64,000 nt of DNA from Pseudomonadota bacterium (lineage in GTDB: Bacteria > UBA10199 > 2-02-FULL-44-16 > JAAZCA01): the NCBI GenBank assembly GCA_016927275.1, contig JAFGMW010000095.1:9247-73246 (forward strand), written 5' to 3'. The notes beneath the pieces are model-generated. The model saw only the letters and a program-made list of their open reading frames with translations, had not been told where the DNA came from and ran no database searches. Made by a program: the position numbers and the translations under genes. Numbering within the stretch: position 1 is the first letter of the stretch; the number at the start of each line of letters is the position of its first letter. This document shows, piece after piece, positions 17,893-30,488 of this stretch.

Positions 17893-19590
17893 ATGAAAAA
17901 GTGTCTTCTACATAGAGCGATGATTTTGATGGCCGTAGTGCCGCTTGCATACGTACTGGCGGCCGGATGCGGTTCAGGCAGCCTCGATTATTTCGGAGAC
18001 GGCAGCGGCTTGGAGCAACCCCCTGAGGGGCCCTCGCCGCCTGTCCCGCCACGTACCCCTGTGGTGCTCTCGCTCTCTGCGACTCCGTGGACTCTCGAGA
18101 ACAGCATAGAGTGGAGGGTGGTATCCGGCGACGCGGACTCCTTCAATCTCGCATGGCAAGTGGACGAGGAGGCCAGCGCCTCAGTGATTGCTTTGTCCGA
18201 GGCCGCCGGAGAGATCGAGGACGTGTCCTCTCCTTTTGTGCATGACGGCCTGTCCAACAACGGCGTGGAATACTGCTACAGGATCGTCCCCGTCTTTGAC
18301 GGCGAAAAGGGCGACACCTCCGACGAGGTCTGCGCCATGCCCGACACCGTAGGAATTCCGGACGACTCCTTCGGGGCCGAAGGAGTGATCACGGACGATC
18401 TGGGCGGCGGCCTCGATGAAATCGGCTACGCGGTCGGGCACGACGCCTCAGGCAGGGCGCTGGTCGCAGGCTATGAGTTCAACGCGGCCCTGGGTTCGAA
18501 GATGGCGCTGTGGCGCTTTCTTTCCGACGGATCGCCCGATGCCGGCTTCGGCGCAGGAGGCCTTGCCAGCTACGACGTAGGCAAGCCCGACAGGATCTGG
18601 GACGGCAATGCCCTTGCGATAGACGCGAGCGGCAGGGTGATCGTGCCCGGGTTCATCAACGACGCTCCCCTTGTGAACACCGCGACGATCTGGAGATACG
18701 GCCCCGACGGGGCGCTGGACGCAACTTTCGACGGCGACGGAATCTATCGGTTTGCCAATCCGCACGAGGGCGGGAGGGGAAATTACGACTGGATGTACGA
18801 CGTCAAGGTCGATCCGAGCGGGAGGATAGTGATCGCGGGCATCAGCTTCTTCGCAGCCGACTGGCTGCTGCACATGAGCATCTGGAGGCTGCTCGACGAC
18901 GGCACGGTCGATCCCGCGTTCAACGGCGGCGTGCCCGTGGATTACATAAATCCCGGCAGCGGGAGCGACTACGGCTTTGCGCTTGAGCTCGATGCGGATG
19001 GAAGGATAGTGATCGGCGGTTCCAGCATGGAAGGAGGCTGGCCCAGGGGAAGGGTTGCGCTCTGGAGATACCTCGACGACGGCACGCCGGACCCCTCGTT
19101 CAACGGCGGCACACCGATCATAATGACCAGGGTCGCCGGGGACACGGACGACGCGATCAGGGCGCTTGTGATCGATGCGGAGGAAAGGATCCTCGCAGCG
19201 GGGTCGAGGGACAACGCAAGTGGCGGCAAGGACCTCTGCATCTGGAGATTCCTCGAAGACGGGTCGCTCGATCCGGCCTTCGGCGCCGCCGGGGAGATCA
19301 GGTATGACGCAGGCGCAGCAAACGAGGACATCGCCTATGGGATCGCAGAGGACGTGCACGGCAGGATAGTGGTCGGCGGAGAGATGGGCGAAAAGGCGGT
19401 GGTCCACCGCTACCTCGAAGATGGGTCGCTGGACCCGGCCTTCGGAGAGGGCGGAGTCTATGAGTATGATAAAAGCGGCGACGACGCTGCCGGCGGCATT
19501 ACGATAGATTCCCGCGGCAGGATCCTTACCACGGGCCACATCAAGGGCCCGGGCGGCAATCTCGACATGGCGGTCTGGAGACTCAAGTAG
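17893..19590 (+). CDS. delta-60-type repeat domain lipoprotein
   Basis: Lipobox VLAAGC; >=7 repeats of ~55-60 aa built around [LIV]WR[FYL]xxDGSxDxxF(G/N)GG(G) (ALWRFLSDGSPDAGFGAGG, IWRYGPDGALDATFDGDG, IWRLLDDGTVDPAFNGG, LWRYLDDGTPDPSFNGG, IWRFLEDGSLDPAFGAAG, HRYLEDGSLDPAFGEGG). Confidence 0.65.
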   Translation: MKKCLLHRAMILMAVVPLAYVLAAGCGSGSLDYFGDGSGLEQPPEGPSPPVPPRTPVVLSLSATPWTLENSIEWRVVSGDADSFNLAWQVDEEASASVIALSEAAGEIEDVSSPFVHDGLSNNGVEYCYRIVPVFDGEKGDTSDEVCAMPDTVGIPDDSFGAEGVITDDLGGGLDEIGYAVGHDASGRALVAGYEFNAALGSKMALWRFLSDGSPDAGFGAGGLASYDVGKPDRIWDGNALAIDASGRVIVPGFINDAPLVNTATIWRYGPDGALDATFDGDGIYRFANPHEGGRGNYDWMYDVKVDPSGRIVIAGISFFAADWLLHMSIWRLLDDGTVDPAFNGGVPVDYINPGSGSDYGFALELDADGRIVIGGSSMEGGWPRGRVALWRYLDDGTPDPSFNGGTPIIMTRVAGDTDDAIRALVIDAEERILAAGSRDNASGGKDLCIWRFLEDGSLDPAFGAAGEIRYDAGAANEDIAYGIAEDVHGRIVVGGEMGEKAVVHRYLEDGSLDPAFGEGGVYEYDKSGDDAAGGITIDSRGRILTTGHIKGPGGNLDMAVWRLK

Positions 19591-19727
19591 CGCAGCTCAA
19601 ATCCGTCTCAGAACGCGAACCCTATCTCGGTCACGAGGCAGTTGAAGTGGAGCCAGCCGGCGGTTCGGCGCTTTCTTTCCCTGCGATTGTCGGCTATAGA
19701 TGCTGCATCAATAAAAAGGGGGTCATT

Positions 19728-20651
19728 ATGAAGCGTTTCGTTTCCATCATCGCGATCATCTTTGTGGCTGCGCTCTCAGGCGGATGCGGAGGCGGGGGCG
19801 AAGGGCCGGCCCCGGGGGACACGACCACAATCTCCGGAACTCTCGTTGAGGGCGCCGTGGACCCGGTGGGATCGGCCTCGGCAAAAGTCGCCCAGGCAAA
19901 GGCAGCGGGCGACCCCCTCGTCGGATACCAGCTCTACTGCGTCACGTTCTCCACCCCGCCGCTTGGCGCAGCCGGGACCTCGGGCGCTGACGGCTCTGTG
20001 ACCCTCACGATCGACGCCGCGAGCGCCACTTTCGGGTGCTTCATCCTCGATCCGGCCGGAGCCAGCGTCGCCACGCTCATATTCGTAAACGACGACGCCA
20101 GCTCGTTCGGCCAGACGGTCACGGCCAGCGGGACGGTGGGCCTCGGGCAGATCAACGTGCAGCTCGACACCGGCGCGGCCCGGGTGACCGTGCCGAGCGG
20201 CGTCACGATCAGCCCCACGCCCGCTAGCGCGGAGTGCCCGGAAGGGACGTGGCTGACCGATGAATTCGCACAGGCCCCGAGCTGCCCCATAGGACAAAAG
20301 ACGAAGAGCACGGTCTGGATGGTGAAGAAGCCTGACGGCAAATACGAAGCGAGCTTCACGACCTACAATGTCGGCATCTACGAGACATGCAGCATCGGGA
20401 GCAAGAGCGGCATGGCGGTCGAGACAGCGGGCAACGTGGCGAGCTTCTCCTTCCCGTTCTCCTTCGAGTCAGACGACCCGTGCTACGACGAGAAGATAGC
20501 GACGCTCATAGTCACGACGAACGAGGAGTGCACACAGGGCGAGGCATCCATTGCGGTCGACAACTGCGGTTCCTGCGATCCGGACACCATATGCAACGAC
20601 TGCGGCTCGGAGACCTGCGTAGTCACGGGCATACAAGTCACGAGAGAGTGA
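19728..20651 (+). CDS. hypothetical Cys-rich lipoprotein
   Basis: Lipobox AALSGGC with poly-Gly linker; Cys-rich C-terminal region; RBS upstream of ATG. Confidence 0.55.
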   Translation: MKRFVSIIAIIFVAALSGGCGGGGEGPAPGDTTTISGTLVEGAVDPVGSASAKVAQAKAAGDPLVGYQLYCVTFSTPPLGAAGTSGADGSVTLTIDAASATFGCFILDPAGASVATLIFVNDDASSFGQTVTASGTVGLGQINVQLDTGAARVTVPSGVTISPTPASAECPEGTWLTDEFAQAPSCPIGQKTKSTVWMVKKPDGKYEASFTTYNVGIYETCSIGSKSGMAVETAGNVASFSFPFSFESDDPCYDEKIATLIVTTNEECTQGEASIAVDNCGSCDPDTICNDCGSETCVVTGIQVTRE

Positions 20652-20973
20652 CACAGGCTGCCGCGCAGTTGCCGCCCATCCGCAACATATTTATAACAAA
20701 GGGGTTTTTCCAGGGGTCGCCCCGCTGCCGGCGGTTCGGGGTGATCATGGCATTTTTTTGACACTCCTGTTGGCCCTTTTGAGAGTTTTCTGAATTTTAA
20801 AAAAGGTGTCAAAACTCAGGCTGTAAAAGGGTCAAATTTGCCTCATGCATGCGGATTTCGTCACTTTTTTATCCATTAATTCCAATTAGTTACCCAGCCA
20901 ACATTTTTCGAGGTGCTTGGTCTGATAAATGCACGGATAAAGGGTTGGAACCAGATTTTCCACGGGGGGGACT

Positions 20974-23900
20974 ATGAGGAGCGGAGTTCGCCATGTCGTT
21001 CCGGCGATATTTGCTCTTGTATTGCTGGTTCAGTCGATATCGGCGGCGCCGCCCGCTTTTGTCATAGCCGAGCCTGAAGCGCACGACTACGGGAGCGTCA
21101 GGGTGGGCGACTTGTCGGAGGCCGTGCGCATAACGGTCACAAACACCGGCGAAAGATCTGCGCGGATAAATTCAATTAGGTTTGCGGAGCGCCTCAACTT
21201 CTCGATCGTTGAGGAGAGCTCCACCTGCCTGGTCGGACTCAAACTGCCGGGCGGAGGCTCCACCTGCGTCATAGACATCGTATTCGGCCCCGTCGAGTCA
21301 GGCGACCTTGCCGACACGTTGACCGTGGGCACCAACCGCGGCAGGCCGAAGATCTCCTTGAGCGGAAAGGGCCTGGCCCCCGACGCGCTCATCGAGCCGG
21401 CGTCCAGGGATTTTCTCGATCAGCCGATCGGCAAGCCGAGCGCGGCGCAGGCGTTCAAGGTCACCAACACAGGGGACGCCGATTTGCATGTCTCGGCAAT
21501 CGACATCGCCGGACCCGATTCCTCGGATTTTGCGCTGATGAGCGAAACGTGCGTGGGTGAAGCGATCGCGCCCCTCGACAGCTGCAATTTTGAAATCGTC
21601 TTCACGCCAAGAGGTCTCGGTCCGCGGAGCGCGCAGGCCGAGATATCGGATGACGCGGTCTCCGGGAGTCCGCAGATAGTCCCCTTGAGCGGCAACGGCA
21701 TAGCGGACGTGAGCCTGGCCCCTTCGGCGCACGACTTCGGAGACCGGCCGATCGGCGAGAGGAGCCCGGCGCATGAGTTCGTCGTGACCAACGGCGGCGC
21801 CGCGGACGTGAACATATCCCTGGTTGCCGTCTCCGGCGACCACCCGGCCGACTTCGCAATACAGGCGGACGGCTGCACCGGCGAGAGCCTCGCGCCGGAA
21901 GAGACCTGCAGCATCATAGCGGACTTTTCACCGGCCGGCGTGGGCGGAAGAAGCGCCCTGCTCGAGGTCCATCACGATTCCGCGGCCGCAAGCCCCCTGG
22001 TCTCGGCGCTCCTCGGCACCGGCACTTCGGGCGACGTGAGCGTCACCCCCGCAGCGGTGAGCTTTCCCGATCAGCTCATTCTGACCGGCAGCGCCCCTGT
22101 CACAGTGACCGTGGAAAATACGGGGGCCGTCGATCTCACCGTAGGCGCCCTGGCGATCGGAGGGGTCGACGCTTCGGAGTTCGGCCTGGAGAGCGACCTG
22201 TGCTCCGGCCAAACGCTCGGGCCGGCGGTCACCTGCACCTTTGATGCGGTATTCGCGCCCGCGACCGTCGGCGTCAAGGATGCGCGCGTCGACATCCCCA
22301 ACGACGTGATCGTCGTCACCGTCGGATTGACAGGCGAAGGCGTGGCCCCAGACGCTGCGGCGGAGCCGGGCGAGCTCGCTTTCGGCGATCAGCCTGTGGG
22401 CAGGCCGAGCCCGCTGCTCACCGTGACGGTGACCAACACCGGCGGCGCCGACCTGAACGTCTCGTCCGTATCGATAGCCGGCGCGGACGCGGCGGACTTC
22501 GCGATATCCAGAAACACATGCCTGGGCGCTCCCGTGGCGCCGGCCGGCACGTGCACCTTCGCGGTCGGATTCACGCCGGGCAGCCTCGGGGAAAAGGAGG
22601 CGCAGGCCGAGGTCGCGGACGACGCGATATCCGGCAGCCCCCAGATCGTATCGCTCAGCGGCAACGGGATTTCGGACGTGAATCTCAATCCAGCGGACTA
22701 TGATTTCGGCGAACAGCTCGTCGGGACAAGCGACACCAGGACCTTCGTGCTCACGAACGTCGGCGGGGCGGACCTGACGATAGCGACCATAGTCCCGGCC
22801 GGGCCCTCTGCCGCCGACTATACGATCCCGGATGCGGGCGACGGCTGTTCCGGCGCAACGGTCGCGCAGGACGACACATGCTCGTTCGACGTCGAGTTCT
22901 CGCCCGGCGGCGTGGGCGGCAGGCAGGCGCATGTGGAGATAACAAGCGACGCCGCATCGGGCAGCCCCGATACTCTGCCCCTCTTCGGGACCGGCATAGC
23001 GTCCGACGTGGCGATCTTCCCCATGAACATCGATTTCGGCGATCAGCTCGTCGGCAGCGAAAGCGATCCGCAGGAGATCACGGCGACCAATACCGGCGAG
23101 GCGGTTCTCAACGTCGACACAGTCATGCTGGCCGGTGCCGATGCGGGCGATTTCGAAATCTCCATTGACGGCTGCACAGGCAGCAGCGTCATGCCTTCGC
23201 TGTCCTGCTCGGTCACCGTGGTCTTCAGACCTTTACTCGTGGGCGACAAGACAGCGCAGGTCGAGATATACGACGACGCGATATCCGGAAGCCCTCAGAC
23301 CGTGCCGCTCGGCGGCAAGGGCGTGCCTCCCATGCCTTCCGTGAGGCTCGTGCCTGTGAGCGTCAACTTCGGCAGCCAGGAGGTCGGCACCACAGGCCCG
23401 CCGCAGTTGATAACCCTCACCAACAGCGGAATGGCGCCGCTCAACATAACCGCGATCACGGCCAGCGGCGAATTCAGCCAGACCAACGACTGCCCCGCAG
23501 CGCTGGCGGCCGGAGCCGACTGCACGATAAGCGCCTCGTTCAGCCCGAGCAGCGAAGGCGCCAAGGCCGGCGCAATCGAGGTGACAGACGATGCGGCCGA
23601 CAGCCCTCAGAGGGTCGCGCTCAGCGGCACGGGCAGCGCGGCGCCGGTGTCCGCAAACCTCTCGATCACAAAGGCGGTGGCGCCCGACACGGCGCAGTGC
23701 AGGATCGACGTGACCTGCACCATCGTGGTGACGAACACCGGGAGCAGCGCTGCGGAAAACGTCGTCGTCATGGATACGATGCCGGGCGGACTGGCATTTG
23801 TTTCGGCATCGGCAAGCCAAGGGGCGTGCGAATCCGGCGAAGCGTCATGCAGCCTCGGAAGGCTCAATGCAAGCGACAGCGCCTCAGTCGCCGTCGTCGT

Positions 23901-24162
23901 GAGGCCGACCGCTGCCGGCACGATCACGAACACGGCGACCGCCTCCAGCGATTCGATATCTCAACCGGTGAGCGCCTCGGCGGTCCTCACCGTGAACGAC
24001 GTAGACTGCGGCGGCGACGGAGGCGGCGGAGGATGCTCCCTTGCGCGTGAGACGCCTCGACCGCGAGACAGGGTCCTCTCTGGAATCCTGGCATCGATGG
24101 CCGCGATCGGCGCGCTTCTCGCTCTGCACTTCGCACGCGCGAGAGGCCGCTCAAACCCGTAA
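20974..24162 (+). CDS. large cell-surface protein with ~9 tandem ASH/choice-of-anchor-D Ig-like domains, a DUF11-type domain and a C-terminal Cys-TM-basic anchor
   Basis: Signal peptide; ~95-aa repeats (DFG..PIG..S....VTNTGxADLxVSxV.I.G.DxxDF......C.G..L.P...C.F.V.F.P...G...A...I.DDAxSGSPQxVxLSGxG); DUF11-like segment (LSITKAVAPD...TNTATASSD); C-terminus CGGDGGGGGCSLARETPRPRDRVLSGILASMAAIGALLALHFARARGRSNP. Confidence 0.7.
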   Translation: MRSGVRHVVPAIFALVLLVQSISAAPPAFVIAEPEAHDYGSVRVGDLSEAVRITVTNTGERSARINSIRFAERLNFSIVEESSTCLVGLKLPGGGSTCVIDIVFGPVESGDLADTLTVGTNRGRPKISLSGKGLAPDALIEPASRDFLDQPIGKPSAAQAFKVTNTGDADLHVSAIDIAGPDSSDFALMSETCVGEAIAPLDSCNFEIVFTPRGLGPRSAQAEISDDAVSGSPQIVPLSGNGIADVSLAPSAHDFGDRPIGERSPAHEFVVTNGGAADVNISLVAVSGDHPADFAIQADGCTGESLAPEETCSIIADFSPAGVGGRSALLEVHHDSAAASPLVSALLGTGTSGDVSVTPAAVSFPDQLILTGSAPVTVTVENTGAVDLTVGALAIGGVDASEFGLESDLCSGQTLGPAVTCTFDAVFAPATVGVKDARVDIPNDVIVVTVGLTGEGVAPDAAAEPGELAFGDQPVGRPSPLLTVTVTNTGGADLNVSSVSIAGADAADFAISRNTCLGAPVAPAGTCTFAVGFTPGSLGEKEAQAEVADDAISGSPQIVSLSGNGISDVNLNPADYDFGEQLVGTSDTRTFVLTNVGGADLTIATIVPAGPSAADYTIPDAGDGCSGATVAQDDTCSFDVEFSPGGVGGRQAHVEITSDAASGSPDTLPLFGTGIASDVAIFPMNIDFGDQLVGSESDPQEITATNTGEAVLNVDTVMLAGADAGDFEISIDGCTGSSVMPSLSCSVTVVFRPLLVGDKTAQVEIYDDAISGSPQTVPLGGKGVPPMPSVRLVPVSVNFGSQEVGTTGPPQLITLTNSGMAPLNITAITASGEFSQTNDCPAALAAGADCTISASFSPSSEGAKAGAIEVTDDAADSPQRVALSGTGSAAPVSANLSITKAVAPDTAQCRIDVTCTIVVTNTGSSAAENVVVMDTMPGGLAFVSASASQGACESGEASCSLGRLNASDSASVAVVVRPTAAGTITNTATASSDSISQPVSASAVLTVNDVDCGGDGGGGGCSLARETPRPRDRVLSGILASMAAIGALLALHFARARGRSNP

Positions 24163-24460
24163 AACCCACCTGGGACCCTGATCCTCGCCTCTGCCCCGGC
24201 GTCAGAGAAATTGACGACAACCAGGTGCCTCTTCCGGCCCTTGTCCCAGCACCATGCGATCAGGTTGTTGCAGGTCTCGTTTCCTGGCCAGGCGTCGAAA
24301 CCGAATGAGCCGATCGCGCCCCACTCCTCCTTCGGCACCGTCGCGAGCGTGACCGCGCGCCCGTGTTTCGCAAAGAGCTCCTCGAGCCAGACCCATGTGC
24401 TGATCTCGTAGATGATCGGTGCCTTCGGCCACGCGGCCATATCTTACCCGCTGTTTCCTT

Positions 24461-27187
<2,727 letters not shown>

Positions 27188-27443
27188 AGGAGCCTCCGGT
27201 TTTTCCCATCAGGAGGGCGACCATATACGATCCCACGATCGAGACAAGGGCATAGGCCACGACCGCCGTGACCGACTGTGTCGCCAGGATGAGGACGACT
27301 CGTCAGGACATTATCCGACGGCAGATACGACAGCAGGTGCTTGAGGAGCATCGGCGAAATGCTGTTGTCACATATATAAATTCTGGTTACCTTGCAACGA
27401 TCAAAGGGCAGGACGGACAGCATTCCGGATTCGGGAGGTCTGA

Positions 27444-28238
27444 ATGGATATCGGCAGCATACTCATCTTCGCAATGCTGGTGTTTACGACCGTCATCGTC
27501 GTGATCGCGATCAGGGCGGGACGGCGGCTGGGGTATGCTGCCCACCTGCGCATGAAGGATGAGAAGGAATCGCAGGTCTCCGCGATTTCCGCCGCCATCC
27601 TGGGCCTTCTGGCCTTCATCCTGGCCTTCACATTCGGGATGGTCTACGAGCGGTACGAGACCCGCAAGGCGCTGGTGCGCGACGATGCCGGCGCGATCCG
27701 CACGGCCTATGCGCGCTCCGATTTCCTGGCAGAGCCGGACCGCGACGAGGCGAGAAGGCTCTTTCAGGAGTACGTGGACCTTCGCGTGGCCGCGGTCAGG
27801 TCGCGCGACATCGATCAGGTGAAGGAGTCCATGACCCGCTCGGAGCAGATCCAGCGCAGGCTCTGGGAGCTCGCAGTCGTGAACGCCCGCAAGGACATGA
27901 ACTCTGACATCGGCGCCCTTTATGTCGAATCGCTCAACGAACTGATCGGACTTCACTGGCAGAGGGTCGCCATCGGGCTGCAGGCCCGGATTCCCCTCGG
28001 CATCTGGGCGGTGCTCTATCTCCTGGTCATCCTCAGCATGCTCGGGGTGGGCTACCAGGCAGGCGTCTCGGGCTCTGCAAAAAAATCATGGGCAACGCCT
28101 ATCCTGGCCGTCTCATTCTCCATCGTGATCACGCTGATCGCATCGCTGGACCGGCCGAACAGCAGGTTCATCAGGGTCCCCCAGCAGCCGCTGATGGACC
28201 TGCAGACATCGCTGGCCGTGGACGCCGAGGCTCACTGA
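27444..28238 (+). CDS. DUF4239-like membrane protein
   Basis: TM helices at both ends with soluble coiled middle; resembles DUF4239/bestrophin-like architecture. Confidence 0.45.
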   Translation: MDIGSILIFAMLVFTTVIVVIAIRAGRRLGYAAHLRMKDEKESQVSAISAAILGLLAFILAFTFGMVYERYETRKALVRDDAGAIRTAYARSDFLAEPDRDEARRLFQEYVDLRVAAVRSRDIDQVKESMTRSEQIQRRLWELAVVNARKDMNSDIGALYVESLNELIGLHWQRVAIGLQARIPLGIWAVLYLLVILSMLGVGYQAGVSGSAKKSWATPILAVSFSIVITLIASLDRPNSRFIRVPQQPLMDLQTSLAVDAEAH

Positions 28239-28630
28239 GCCGGCTCCGGCGAATCAATGGACTTGCGATACCCTAGGAGGGTCTTGGGGAAGAGGAATTT
28301 GAGCTGAAAGATCATTGACCATTCCGCCTCAGAGCGCGGTTTCCGGACGAAATAGAACCCCTGCGCCTGCAGATCTAGGGTGAGCCGCTTTGTGCGAACG
28401 ATCTTCCCAAAGCCGCCGCCCGCAGGCACCATCCAGCGATCGCCCATGGGGAGTTTCCAGTTGGCCGAAAGGAACGGGGCCGTCGTGAGATACCAGCCAT
28501 TCGGGAGATTGTAATTGAGGAAGGTCTGCAGCAGGAACTGGTTGACGCTCGCCCTGTCGTCGTAGCCTGCAAAGGACCACAGGTTGTACATCAGAAAGCC
28601 CAGGACCCAGTTGCCCGGCGAGGCCACCAT
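28232..28630 (-). pseudogene. C-terminal remnant of an outer-membrane beta-barrel transporter (MetA-pathway/phenol-degradation-like family)
   Basis: 132-aa ORF with alternating aromatic/hydrophobic beta-strand pattern (YNLPNGWYLTTAPFLSANWKLP...GFYFVRKP) and no N-terminal signal or barrel front half; in-frame stop immediately upstream. Confidence 0.35.
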
Positions 28631-28754
28631 GGCGACCGAAGGCCCTGCGCGAGAAGAGGATCTTCGATTTCAACTGGGAGCGCTATACCGGGCGCCACCA
28701 CTCACACTGGTGGCGGGCCCACAATCGCAAGCCCGAGGGCGCCTGCGAATACGC

Positions 28755-28862
28755 CTCGTGAATCGTCATCCCTTTTCAAAGTAGTCGCCCGTCTCCGTAT
28801 CGATCACGACGACGTCGCCCGGCTTGATAAAAAGCGGCACCCTGAAGACCGACCCGTTGTCG
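28755..28862 (-). pseudogene. C-terminal fragment of elongation factor P (efp remnant)
   Basis: Minus-strand translation RTYVDNGSVFRVPLFIKPGDVVVIDTETGDYFEKG* aligns with the EF-P C-terminal OB domain (..VPLFI.EGD...VDTRTGEY...); upstream in-frame sequence is not EF-P-like and lacks a start. Confidence 0.5.
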
Positions 28863-28943
28863 ACATATGTCCGACTCGGATCTGGGTGGCGTTTATCATG
28901 GGCGCGTTCTCACCACATCCTCCGTACCTTGTAAAGAGGAGCA

Positions 28944-29960
28944 TCAGGACGGGCGGGGCTCTCCCTGCCCGCGCAGCAGGCGTCGGCGCAGCGCCTCCAG
29001 ATCGTCGGCGAGCGGCGCCTCGAACGCGAGCTTTGCGCCGGTGAACGGGTGCCTGATCCCGAGCCTGAAGGCGTGAAGCGCAAGGCGGGGAGCCGCCCGC
29101 CGGGCCGCAGGCGGCGCGTACAGATCGTCGCCGAGGATCGGATAGCCCTTCTCGCTCAGGTGAATGCGAACCTGATGGGTCCGGCCGGTCTCCAGGCTCG
29201 CCTCGACGAGCGACGCATTCCTGCCGAGGCGCTCGAGAAGCCTCAGGTGCGTAACGGCCTCCCTGGCGCCGTCTTCGCCCTCATCCGCGGAACTGCCGCG
29301 GAGGCCGTCGCCCCGGTTGCGCACCAGCTGTGTCCGCACGGTGCACGGCTCCTTTGGGAATGAGCCGCTGACCAGCGCGAGGTAGCTTCGCTCCACCCTG
29401 TGGTGAAAGAGGATCTCCTTGATGCGGCGCCGGCACTCCTCGGTCAGCGCCACCATCATCAGGCCCGAGGTCGGCTCGTCGAGGCGATGGACCGGAAAGG
29501 CCGCTCCGAGAAGATGCCGGACCGCGCCGACGACGCTTTTGACGTCGCGCCGGCCAACAGCGGACACCGACATCATCCCGGGCGGCTTGTACACCACGAC
29601 CATGTGCGGGTCGCGGTGGATGATGGCGAGGTCGCGATTAGGCCGGATGCGCGGCGCGCTGCGCTGCACGACCACGCGCGCGACGTCCACCTCCCGTCCA
29701 CCGTCCGCTGTGGGGACGCCGCAGTACAGGACCTTGCCCGAATCGAGCAGATTTCGCGCTTCCCTGTTCGTGAGCTTGAGCGACCGCAGCAGGTCGATCA
29801 GGCGGGGCGCCGCAGGCCGACCGTCACCCTCACCCCGCTGCCGGCTCGAATTGTGGGGATGCCTTTTCAATGCGATATCTGTACACCCCGAGAAGCGACC
29901 AGCGCAAGGGCTGCGTGGGCATCGGCAGATGAGGGGAATCCCCCTTCCTGCCTGCTTCAA
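28944..29960 (-). CDS. RluA-family pseudouridine synthase (S4 domain + catalytic HRLDxxTSG)
   Basis: HRLDEPTSGLMMVAL catalytic motif, S4-like LIDLLRSLKLTNREARNLLDSGKV; true start uncertain (first ~45 aa of table ORF look non-coding). Confidence 0.8.
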   Translation of the reverse strand: MKQAGRGIPLICRCPRSPCAGRFSGCTDIALKRHPHNSSRQRGEGDGRPAAPRLIDLLRSLKLTNREARNLLDSGKVLYCGVPTADGGREVDVARVVVQRSAPRIRPNRDLAIIHRDPHMVVVYKPPGMMSVSAVGRRDVKSVVGAVRHLLGAAFPVHRLDEPTSGLMMVALTEECRRRIKEILFHHRVERSYLALVSGSFPKEPCTVRTQLVRNRGDGLRGSSADEGEDGAREAVTHLRLLERLGRNASLVEASLETGRTHQVRIHLSEKGYPILGDDLYAPPAARRAAPRLALHAFRLGIRHPFTGAKLAFEAPLADDLEALRRRLLRGQGEPRPS

Positions 29961-30075
29961 ACTGACCGATTTTCAGGGGGATGGAATGATTGTTGCCAAT
30001 CTCCATCAAAACGCGTACATACCTTCTCACATAGTCAGAGATTGCCCTATAACAGAAACCTGAGGAGGAGATCGT

Positions 30076-30270
30076 ATGGATACCGGCACCGTCAAGTTTT
30101 ACAATGAAGCGAAGGGTTTTGGATTCATCACTCCGGACAACGGCGGAAAAGATCTTTACGTGCACTCCACCGCCGTGCAGAACGGGCCGATCAAGGAAGG
30201 CGACAAGGTCGAGTTCGAGATAGGCCAGGGTGAAAAAGGCCCTCGCGCTGAAAAGGTCAGCCGCAAATAA
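30076..30270 (+). CDS. cspA: cold-shock protein (CspA family)
   Basis: MDTGTVKFYNEAKGFGFITPDNGGKDLYVHSTAV... RNP1/RNP2 motifs; GAGGAGG RBS; long 5' UTR. Confidence 0.9.
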   Translation: MDTGTVKFYNEAKGFGFITPDNGGKDLYVHSTAVQNGPIKEGDKVEFEIGQGEKGPRAEKVSRK

Positions 30271-30326
30271 CGAGGCGATCGGACCTGACAGCGTGACATG
30301 GCGGGATCTGCCCCTTCTCCAAATCA

Positions 30327-30355
30327 AAAGCCCCCGGTTTCCCGGGGGCTTTTTG
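30327..30355 (+). terminator. rho-independent terminator (copy 1 of a duplicated terminator module)
   Basis: aaaagcccccgg-ttt-cccgggggctttttg followed by conserved GAGGCGGGCG. Confidence 0.75.
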
Positions 30356-30488
30356 AGGCGGGCGGCCTGTTGTACGATTTTATAACAGCCTGAGCGGAGA
30401 TAGCGGCATGAAAGCAGAGAACGCGGACCGTATAAAGGAAATGGACGGGGATGGTAATGTCGTCATAAGATGGCACAGAGATCTGAAC

